From Candidatus Poribacteria bacterium (GTDB lineage: Bacteria; Poribacteria; WGA-4E; WGA-3G), in the NCBI GenBank assembly GCA_964291315.2, contig OZ219753.1:768001-832000 (forward strand): DNA of 64,000 nucleotides, in the 5' to 3' direction. The translations under genes and the position numbers were made by a program. Each line of letters opens with the position of its first letter. The first letter of the stretch is position 1. This document shows positions 1-7,209 of the stretch, one piece after another. The notes below the pieces were generated by a model. That model saw only the letters and a program-made list of their open reading frames with translations. It did no database searches and was not told where the DNA came from.

Positions 1-749
1 GTATAGCTGGTTTCGTTAAATCGCAGCGGAATAGGTGATCCCGAGTACCGGATCGGGTAATTAGTGCCATCAATTGCCTGTGGTCTGTGCAGGTGTCCTA
101 ATGCGACGTAGTCGATGCCCTCGGGGAAATCGGTGGCGCGGATAGCAGTTGCGCCGCCGATTTGGATATTTCGTTCGGAATCTGTCACTGCTCCGCCTTG
201 AACGAAGAGGTGTCCCATCAAAATTTTGGGGAGATGGTTTGGCATTGCAAGGGCGCATTGGGCGTAGAACGTTTTGAGTTTTTCTCGGTATCTTTCGTTT
301 CGTTCCCCTTGTGTTTGATAGGCGAGGTATCGGAGGTCGCTTTCTAGTATGTATGGGACGGCGGCGACTGCGACTCGGGGAGCGTTGGGTGGAAATAGGA
401 AGAGACACTCGGTGGGTTCGGGGGGCGGACCGATGACGTGAATTCTGCCCATTTTTAGGAACTCACGTGGTGCTTCCAAGTGTTGTGCTGAGTCGTGATT
501 GCCTGCGGTGATGAGTGCATAGGTTTGGGTTTCATCAAAAAGGCGGTAGAGGAAACGGTAATAGAGTTCGGTTGCTTCTGCTGACGGTAGGGAGGTGTCG
601 AAAATATCGCCTGAGACTAGGAGGAGTTCGACATTCTGCTTCTGGATTGTTTCGAGGAGCCAATCGAGGAATTGTTTGTGTTCGTCAAGTCGGGAACGTT
701 CGTGGAGTCGTTGTCCAATATGCCAATCGGCGGTGTGTATAATTTTCAT
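1..749 (-). CDS. sbcD: Exonuclease SbcCD subunit D (runs off the window start)
   Basis: Not in the ORF track. Manual translation from ATG at 749 gives MKIIHTADWHIGQRLH...MGHLFVQGG..DSERNIQIGG...DYVALGHLHRPQ...IRYSGSPIPLRFNE, which are the SbcD/Mre11 metallophosphoesterase motifs. Confidence 0.92.
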   Translation of the reverse strand, partial: MKIIHTADWHIGQRLHERSRLDEHKQFLDWLLETIQKQNVELLLVSGDIFDTSLPSAEATELYYRFLYRLFDETQTYALITAGNHDSAQHLEAPREFLKMGRIHVIGPPPEPTECLFLFPPNAPRVAVAAVPYILESDLRYLAYQTQGERNERYREKLKTFYAQCALAMPNHLPKILMGHLFVQGGAVTDSERNIQIGGATAIRATDFPEGIDYVALGHLHRPQAIDGTNYPIRYSGSPIPLRFNETSY

Positions 750-906
750 AGAGTTTCGGAAGTTATGATAGTGTTTTGCGTATGCGGTTATTCCTAATCT
801 GGAAACTTCTCATCGGTGATTAAAGCGGTGTAACGGAATTATGATAACAGGTTTCAGATATATTTTCAAACAGATTCTGCGATAATTTTCATGTTGGTTG
901 TGTTCA

Positions 907-1740
907 TTAGCTGTTTTTAGTGGATTCTGTGGGTCTATTTGATATTTTCCAGATTCCGAGTATCGCTAGCAGCGATAGGTTTGGGAAGAGGAGTGGTGCT
1001 AGCAGCGGTGCTCCGTAGAGGAATCTGTCGATTTGGCGCGTTGCGGGGATTTGCAAATCTGCGATGAGGTGGAAGAGGGATCCGGTGATTCCGACGAAAA
1101 AGTTAAGTGTGAAGATGGCGATTCCGTATGTTGAGGCTGCTGTTTGATTGGTTTTCCAGTCGTGTGTTAGGAGGTATCCGACGGCGAGTGCGCTGGTTAT
1201 GACGGGTATCCATTCTGTTGGTACAAAGAATCCGTTTTGTGCGTGGTCTATAGCTGAGAGCAGGAAGTTGCCGCACCAGCCGGCGCCTGCTAGGAATGTG
1301 ATCCATTCTGCCCAGTGGCGTTCGGTATCTGGGATTATTTGGTTTGTAATGAGGAGCATGCCGATTCCTGTATAGGCGAGTGGTGCGACGAAGGGTGCTG
1401 CGTAGACGAGGCTTTTTAGGGTGAGTGCTGTGAAAAAACCGCTGCTTAGGTGAAGTAGCATCCCGGTGATTCCGACGGCTATGGCTAATCCGCCGATACT
1501 GAGTCTGCACCATTTTCGGTAGTACGGGTTTTTGCTGAACATGATGGGTGTCATTAGAAGTGCGGCTGCTAGAGAGAAATAGAAAGGGATCCATTCGGCG
1601 GGGCTGGCAAAGGCGTTGATAGAATGAGCGATGAACACGTCAAGTCCCAAGAATGTGAGGTTTACAAGGATGTAAAGGTCTAGGAGTGTTGCTGCGAACC
1701 CGTTATTGTTTCGCAGCTTTTGCTCGAAGTTCTGCAGCAA
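907..1740 (-). CDS. Polytopic membrane protein with an internal two-fold repeat; probable partner of the octaheme cytochrome
   Basis: About 8 hydrophobic segments; the motif H-x4-F-x3-EWIP...HL...Y-x-AP-x2-APL occurs twice; overlaps the 3' end of the cytochrome gene; start uncertain. Confidence 0.75.
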   Translation of the reverse strand: MLQNFEQKLRNNNGFAATLLDLYILVNLTFLGLDVFIAHSINAFASPAEWIPFYFSLAAALLMTPIMFSKNPYYRKWCRLSIGGLAIAVGITGMLLHLSSGFFTALTLKSLVYAAPFVAPLAYTGIGMLLITNQIIPDTERHWAEWITFLAGAGWCGNFLLSAIDHAQNGFFVPTEWIPVITSALAVGYLLTHDWKTNQTAASTYGIAIFTLNFFVGITGSLFHLIADLQIPATRQIDRFLYGAPLLAPLLFPNLSLLAILGIWKISNRPTESTKNS

Positions 1741-2944
1741 TGTTCTTCATCTCCGTAGTTTTTCGTAGGAGTTCATAATTTCCGTGCCATTGCACGAAGT
1801 CTGCGCCGCCCATAAAAGCCCCGTGTTTTGCTGTTCGTCCGTAGTAGTGCCAGAGGTCGAAGAATAGGAATTCGATTGGTTCATCAAAAGGTTCTTCGGT
1901 GAGTAGTCCTTCTGTGCGGAGTTGGGTCATTAGTGCTTGTGCTTCAGCGATTTTCTGGTTGGTATCTGTGACGACTTCTTCGGCTTCTTGGTAGTATGTT
2001 TCGACGTGTGATCGGGCGTGGCATTTTAGGCATGTTTCTTTCATAGCGTCTTGTGCTTGCTGATAGGTGGGTCGTTTCTCGGAGACGGCTGCGAAGAGCC
2101 AATAAGAGAGTCTCGTTGTGGTATCGTGTGTCACGTCCAATCCGTCTAATCCGCTGAGGTGGCATGTGGCGCAGGTGGGCACGGGCATATCTGCTGTTGT
2201 GAGATTTGCGGGCGGTGTGTTGAGGTTCATTTGAGATTTTTGTGCGTTGTAAAGCACGCCGTGCTTGGATTCGTGGAAGATTTCGAGCTGTGAATGGTCG
2301 GGTCCCATGTGGCATTGCCCGCAGGTTTCTGGTTGTCGTGCCAATGCGATAGAGGTTGAGTGGCGAGCGTGGCATGCGGTGCATGTGCCGATAGATCCGT
2401 CGGGGTTGGGTTTGCCGATGTCGTGGCATCCGAGGCATCCGACGTTGATGGCGCTTTGGCCTTTGAGGGTGGCCAATCGATTTGCTGGGCGATCGACAGC
2501 ACCTTTGTGGTATTTTTCTGAGAATGCGATCTGCTCGGTGGTAAAGTCTTTTGCGCCGGTAACTGCGGCCCAGGCTGGTGCTGCGTGCCGGCTTCTTAGA
2601 AATTGCCGGTACTCTGTGGTGTGACAGGTGCTGCAATTTTTTGCTGTCAGCTGCTTGGCGATTGTAAATCCACGGTGTGCGAGCGTCTCTTGTCCTTCGA
2701 CGGCGTGATGGCAATCTAAGCAGCTGACCCCGTGTTTCGCGTGTCCGCTTGTTTCAAATTGATGTACAACTGCGGCTGTTTCCCTGCGGTGGCAGGCGGC
2801 GCATTTTCCTGTTGCTAGGACGAATTCACGGTTGGGTTGCTGCTTTTCGGTTGCTGGGCGACTTGCGTGGAAGATCACGACGAGACAGACCAAGGTTGCT
2901 CCGAGGGCAATAGATATAAAAATTGTTTTTACTAGCATTTTCAC
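1703..2944 (-). CDS. Octaheme cytochrome c, hydroxylamine oxidoreductase (HAO)-like family
   Basis: N-terminal membrane anchor and eight CxxCH motifs (CAACH, CLDCH, CSTCH, CLGCH, CTACH, CGQCH, CATCH, CLKCH); HAO-family signature CGQCHMGPDH...ESKHG. Confidence 0.88.
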   Translation of the reverse strand: MKMLVKTIFISIALGATLVCLVVIFHASRPATEKQQPNREFVLATGKCAACHRRETAAVVHQFETSGHAKHGVSCLDCHHAVEGQETLAHRGFTIAKQLTAKNCSTCHTTEYRQFLRSRHAAPAWAAVTGAKDFTTEQIAFSEKYHKGAVDRPANRLATLKGQSAINVGCLGCHDIGKPNPDGSIGTCTACHARHSTSIALARQPETCGQCHMGPDHSQLEIFHESKHGVLYNAQKSQMNLNTPPANLTTADMPVPTCATCHLSGLDGLDVTHDTTTRLSYWLFAAVSEKRPTYQQAQDAMKETCLKCHARSHVETYYQEAEEVVTDTNQKIAEAQALMTQLRTEGLLTEEPFDEPIEFLFFDLWHYYGRTAKHGAFMGGADFVQWHGNYELLRKTTEMKNIAAELRAKAAKQ

Positions 2945-3109
2945 TGGTTCCTTGTTTGTGGCAGGCGCATGAACTGCTCGGAAGCCCGGGGTTTCTGCTC
3001 AGGTATCCCAGCACAATCGAAGGGGTTCGGCTCCGAAAAAGCGCTACTTAGAGAATGCTCCCCTGATACTCAATAATGTTTTGAAAAAACAAAAACTGAT
3101 TCTAATATA

Positions 3110-3163
3110 GGCGGTGACAAGGTGGCTGTGATTGTTTGATCTCCGGGCCACCGTGTCGCCGCC
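3110..3163 (-). terminator. GC-rich hairpin downstream of the sigma factor gene
   Basis: GGCGGTGACAAGGTGGC...GCCACCGTGTCGCCGCC imperfect inverted repeat; weak U tail. Confidence 0.5.
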
Positions 3164-3218
3164 TTAGGTTTGCATATGCGTTGTTTAGTAGTCGGTTACG
3201 GATTGTTTTGGGTCCCTC

Positions 3219-3854
3219 TTAAGCATTACAGCTTAGCCACGACGTGTATGCTTTTCGGAGTTTTGTGCGGGCGCGTTTGAGGAGTTGGCTAACGCGTCCG
3301 TGAGATACCCCGAGTGTTTTGGCGATCTCGGTGCCTGTAGCGTCGCTGAAATATTTCAATCTGATAGCGATTTTTTCGGGGTCTGTCAGGCGTAGGAAGA
3401 GTGCCGGGAGTGCGGCTTGGAACTGCTGGGTCTCCAAGTCGTCTATCACGTTGTCTTCGAGGCTCTCTGTGGAGCATGCGGCGTTGCGTAAATGGGCAGC
3501 GAGGGGCGTGGGTTCTTCTGTCGCGGTTTCTTCTTCCTCGGATGCGACATCGCCGCACAGCAGATATTTAAGGACCTCCCGCCGTTGCTGCCAGAGGGCG
3601 CAACAGACTTTAGATTTGATAAAGGTGATAAAACTCGCGCCGCTGGGGTGATCGGGGTCATACTTCGGAGTCGCTTCTATCACCGTCAGAAAGGCGGTCT
3701 GTTTAAAGTCTTCGGATTGATCCTTCAAAGTTGCGTTCTGGCTCGTCACACATTTAACGCAGTGTGCGATAGAGTCCGTGGCAGATAAAGGGTCTTCAGG
3801 GAGAACATGAAACGGGCATTTTGCTGAGAAATGCGGTCCACGGTGTGTGTTCAT
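3219..3854 (-). CDS. Sigma-70 family sigma factor (regions 2 and 4)
   Basis: AAGGAGG precedes the ATG at 3854, so this start is preferred over 3938. Region 2 is KYDPDHPSGASFITF; the region 4 HTH is EIAKTLGVSHGRVSQLLKRARTKLR. Confidence 0.85.
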   Translation of the reverse strand: MNTHRGPHFSAKCPFHVLPEDPLSATDSIAHCVKCVTSQNATLKDQSEDFKQTAFLTVIEATPKYDPDHPSGASFITFIKSKVCCALWQQRREVLKYLLCGDVASEEEETATEEPTPLAAHLRNAACSTESLEDNVIDDLETQQFQAALPALFLRLTDPEKIAIRLKYFSDATGTEIAKTLGVSHGRVSQLLKRARTKLRKAYTSWLSCNA

Positions 3855-4178
3855 CAGGGACCTCCTTGTGAAACCTCGGAGGGCAAGGGTGCCGCCTTGC
3901 GTCCTGAGACACTGCGGAGGGGCCGGCACGCCCCTCATCGCCCTGCTTTGTTTATAAGCAGTGTTCCAAAGAAAAAGGTTTGGTTTTTTTGTTCGCGGGC
4001 CCTATTATCTATGTGATATCCACAACGGCTAAATCCGTGTGCTTCTTATTGTTGTTTAGTCGACTGACTTGATCTGAAGTGCTGGAACCGGGGCCCTTAT
4101 TGACCTACGGGAATACCGTCGCCCCGGCTACAGGGTTGAATAATCACTCCTGTATTTTGTTATTAGTTTCTATAAGAG

Positions 4179-4207
4179 AGTATAGCATGTTCTGTTGCCC
4201 GAGTCAA
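4179..4207 (-). promoter_or_regulatory. Sigma70-type promoter for the sigma factor gene
   Basis: TTGACT-N17-TATACT on the minus strand. Confidence 0.6.
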
Positions 4208-4557
4208 AATTTTGTGAGTAAATGGAATTTGATCCAAACGCAGAGGTTTGGGGTGTTAAGAAGTCCGTTCAGCGGCTCTATTAAATCTAAAATTTTGGTG
4301 CGTGTTGGCTTGTTCCTCGCTGGTATCTTCCGCCTGAGGCTTGCGGTTGTTGTGTATATATTATATACGTTTGGCTGGAAAAAGTTTAGTTTTTTTTCTC
4401 GGAGAGTGAAAGGGCAGGAGACGTGTAAGGTTTCGGCATCTGGGAGTGTATTCTACGGTGAGAGAAAGAGAGAGTGTTTTGCTAAGAAAGTACAATTGTG
4501 ATAAATTCCTTAATTCGTGCTTCTATAAAGTAATCTTATACTTGTAACGTGAGCAGG

Positions 4558-4614
4558 AAACTGGCAGTCTATACTACAAGAACTGAAGTGGCCCAGACTG
4601 ACAGTCTATGCTAT
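4558..4614 (-). repeat. Two copies of a GTAG-type REP-like palindromic element
   Basis: Minus strand GTAGTATAGACTGCCAGTTT and ATAGCATAGACTGTCAGTCTG; a related copy lies at 43824. Confidence 0.5.
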
Positions 4615-4637
4615 AGGCACTTTTAAAAACAGTGTGC

Positions 4638-4666
4638 TTGACACATTGGATGTTTTATGATATACT
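4638..4666 (+). promoter_or_regulatory. Sigma70-type promoter of FGE paralog 1
   Basis: TTGACA-N17-TATACT. Confidence 0.7.
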
Positions 4667-4704
4667 ATTAAAGAAAGTATAGTCCTTAGGAAGAGAAATA
4701 ATCC

Positions 4705-4890
4705 GTGAAAGTTTTAGACGCTTCTACTCCTGTTGAGATGTCTAGAGGATTTAGCGAAGATTCCTGTGTGTGGTGTTCTGGGTATCGGCTAGGTTCTGTT
4801 GTCGGGTTATTTTTTACTAAGCATCCCCCCTTCCCTTTAACTTCACAAGCAACACGTAATAAACAGATTTCTGTGTGTTTTCACAGATAA
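4705..4890 (+). CDS. Putative leader ORF (61 aa) upstream of FGE paralog 1
   Basis: Purine-rich RBS-like sequence and GTG just after the promoter; homologous to 7013-7209; translation unproven. Confidence 0.35.
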   Translation: MKVLDASTPVEMSRGFSEDSCVWCSGYRLGSVVGLFFTKHPPFPLTSQATRNKQISVCFHR

Positions 4891-4903
4891 AAGGAGGCAT
4901 AAA

Positions 4904-6697
4904 ATGAAAAGAACAGTAGTGGTTCTCTGCATGCTTGCCGCGTTCCTGTTTACCAACGTCCCGTTCGCGGCGGCAGAATGGCAAGAGAACATGGTAACCA
5001 ATAACACGCTTGAAGAGATCTATGTGATCAAGAGCACCTGGCAGGCAGCGGCTGCGGGCAAAGGCATTCCCGCAGGGTTCTGGACGCGTGGCTCTTACCG
5101 GCTTGCTCCTGGGAAGTCCAAAGTGTTCTATTCCTGGGACACTAACAACATCTATTTCCGTATTTCAAATGCAGATAGTGCGATAAAAGCGAACAGCGGC
5201 ACGACGGCTTTTGCGTTCTGGGCTCATCCGGATCGCTCCTTCCGCGTTGTCTCACAGACGTTCGATGCCTCTGTGACAACGGGTCAGCTGCTTTACTCTG
5301 ATCGTTCGCCGGATCAGTTGGCTCGATTGGAGGGATTTGTCAGCTATACGGGCGGCTCGGCAGTGGTTGTCACTCCGGGGTGGGTATTGCTAGGTGGAGA
5401 GCCGACTGCTCCGCCAAATGACGAGCTCGGAGACGATGGCGGTCGGCCTGTTGAAGATGTTGCTCCGCCTGCGTGGGTAGAGAACGTTGTAAGAAATGAG
5501 CGGGAAGAAGATATATACGTGGTCTTTGCGACTTGGAAGGTTGAGAGGCAGAGGAAGGGGTTGCCTGAAGGGTTTCGGACGCGGGGCACTTATCGTATTC
5601 GTCCCGGTAGGGGCAGAGTGTTTCATTCGTGGGCGGATAATGAGGCGTATTTCCGTATATCAAACGCGGATGGTGCGTTAAAACCGGAGAGCAGCAGTGG
5701 CACGTTCGAGTTCTGGGTTCATCCGAATAAGAACTTTCGTGTTGTGTCGGGTCGTTTCGACAATGGTGTAATGAAGTCGGAGCTGCTGTATTCGGATCGT
5801 GCCAAGGAGGCGTTAGCGCACTCGGACGGCTTTATGGTATATGAGACCGGGAATGGGCTTGAAGTGAGTGTCACTTCAAGTTGGGTGCCGGTGTCTACTG
5901 CTCCGCCGCCGCCAGTTTCTGCTGTTCCTGCAGGTATGGTTTTGATTCCTGCAGGCACTTTCGAGATGGGCAGTGACAGTGCCCATGTGGATGAAAGTCC
6001 TATTCACACAGTGTCTTTAGATGCGTTTTATATGGATACGCATGAAGTGACGAACGCAGAATACGCGGCGTTTCTCAATGCAAAGGGGAAACATACCGAT
6101 GCGGGTAATACCTGGGTCTATTTCAACGATGCTAGTGATCTGGTAAAGATTAGTTTATCAGACGGTAGGTATACGCCGGTGCCGGCCTATGCGAATTATC
6201 CTGTCACTTATGTGACTTGGTATGGTGCGATGGCTTATGCTGCGTGGGCGGGCAAGCGGCTGCCGACGGAGGCGGAGTGGGAGTATGCTGCGCGCGGTGG
6301 GCTCTCCGGTAAGAAATATCCGTGGGGCGACACGATAGACAAGACGCGGGCGAGATACGGCAGAAAGACCCTTAGGCCGACAGCAGTAGGGAGTTATGCG
6401 GCGAATGGGTATGGTCTGTATGATATGGTAGGTAATGTCTGGGAGTGGTGTCTGGATGCGTATGATAGGGGGTTCTATGCGACTTCTCCTGTCCGGAATC
6501 CGTTGTCTGGTGCGTCCAGTATTCAGTGGTTATTAGATAACTACATAGAAACGGGTGATTCTGTGTCCCGCGTGTTGCGTGGCGGTTCTTGGCTCAATAC
6601 AGCTCAGGTTGTGCGTGTCACCTACCGCCTCTTCGTTCCGCCCTCGGTCACGAACGGCACCTACGGGTTTCGTTGTGTGAAGCCTGTTTCTCCTTGA
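4904..6697 (+). CDS. Secreted protein: two DUF1036-like domains plus a C-terminal FGE-sulfatase/SUMF1 (CLec-fold) domain
   Basis: AAGGAGG RBS; signal peptide; duplicated ~140-aa domain; FGE motifs F-x-MG, HEVTN, RLPTEAEWEYAARGG, NGYGLYDMVGNVWEW, RGGSW, GFRC. Confidence 0.9.
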   Translation: MKRTVVVLCMLAAFLFTNVPFAAAEWQENMVTNNTLEEIYVIKSTWQAAAAGKGIPAGFWTRGSYRLAPGKSKVFYSWDTNNIYFRISNADSAIKANSGTTAFAFWAHPDRSFRVVSQTFDASVTTGQLLYSDRSPDQLARLEGFVSYTGGSAVVVTPGWVLLGGEPTAPPNDELGDDGGRPVEDVAPPAWVENVVRNEREEDIYVVFATWKVERQRKGLPEGFRTRGTYRIRPGRGRVFHSWADNEAYFRISNADGALKPESSSGTFEFWVHPNKNFRVVSGRFDNGVMKSELLYSDRAKEALAHSDGFMVYETGNGLEVSVTSSWVPVSTAPPPPVSAVPAGMVLIPAGTFEMGSDSAHVDESPIHTVSLDAFYMDTHEVTNAEYAAFLNAKGKHTDAGNTWVYFNDASDLVKISLSDGRYTPVPAYANYPVTYVTWYGAMAYAAWAGKRLPTEAEWEYAARGGLSGKKYPWGDTIDKTRARYGRKTLRPTAVGSYAANGYGLYDMVGNVWEWCLDAYDRGFYATSPVRNPLSGASSIQWLLDNYIETGDSVSRVLRGGSWLNTAQVVRVTYRLFVPPSVTNGTYGFRCVKPVSP

Positions 6698-6914
6698 AAC
6701 TTTATTGCCGAATGCGTTTTATCTTGAGATAAATCGCTGAAAGGCGTTGAATCTACAAACTAGGGCGTGATAGCGGTTAGGCTTTTGCTGACAGCTTTCA
6801 CGCCCATTTTTATTTCTGGATATGCCAAATCAGTATAGCGAATTATAGGTAAGGTTAGATGAGTCTCAGCGCTGGCTGGGGATGATACGATCGGTGACAT
6901 GCAGCTGCTGGACA
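6698..6914 (+). repeat. 217-bp 3' flank, direct repeat copy 1 (copy 2 at 9130-9346)
   Basis: About 6 mismatches by manual alignment. Confidence 0.9.
6763..6815 (+). terminator. Intrinsic terminator-like hairpin
   Basis: GGGCGTGA...TCACGCCC stem followed by ATTTTTATTT. Confidence 0.65.
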
Positions 6915-6946
6915 CGGGGCTTTTAGAAGTGGCGGATCGTTTTAAC

Positions 6947-6975
6947 TTGACAAACTCGATATTTTATTATATACT
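6947..6975 (+). promoter_or_regulatory. Sigma70-type promoter of FGE paralog 2
   Basis: TTGACA-N17-TATACT, in the same position as in paralog 1. Confidence 0.7.
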
Positions 6976-7012
6976 ATTAATAGAGTATGAAAATGAGGGA
7001 AGGAAGTAATCT

Positions 7013-7147
7013 ATGAAAGTTTTAGGCACTTATACTTCTGTTGGAATGTCGAGAGGATTTAGCGAAGATTCCTGTGTGTGGTGTTCTGGGTATCGGCTAG
7101 GTTCTGTTGTCGGGTTATTTTTTACTAAGCATCACCCCCCCCGTTAA
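7013..7147 (+). CDS. Putative leader ORF (44 aa) ending just after a C8 tract
   Basis: MKVLGTYTSVGMSRGFSEDSCVWCSGYRLGSVVGLFFTKHHPPR*, homologous to 4705-4890. Confidence 0.3.
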   Translation: MKVLGTYTSVGMSRGFSEDSCVWCSGYRLGSVVGLFFTKHHPPR

Positions 7148-7209
7148 CTTCACAAAAAATAAGTGATAAACATCCGTCTGTGTATCTTCACAGAGAAAAG
7201 AGCGAAAAA

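Noticed and set aside
70-742. Short ORFs 70-408, 162-347 and 515-742
   Set aside because: They overlap the real sbcD frame, which the ORF track missed because it has no stop inside the window.
1103-2714. Long Arg/Thr-rich alternative-frame ORFs (1103-1594, 1944-2714 and similar ones throughout)
   Set aside because: They lie inside well-supported genes and reflect stop-codon scarcity caused by codon bias and strand skew.
4088-4130. Fluoride riboswitch-like start GGCGACGGTATTC
   Set aside because: P1 cannot pair and the downstream CUGAUGAC-like element is absent.
4079-4501. 140-aa ORF upstream of the sigma factor
   Set aside because: No recognisable motif or RBS; it overlaps a promoter and structured leader on the other strand.
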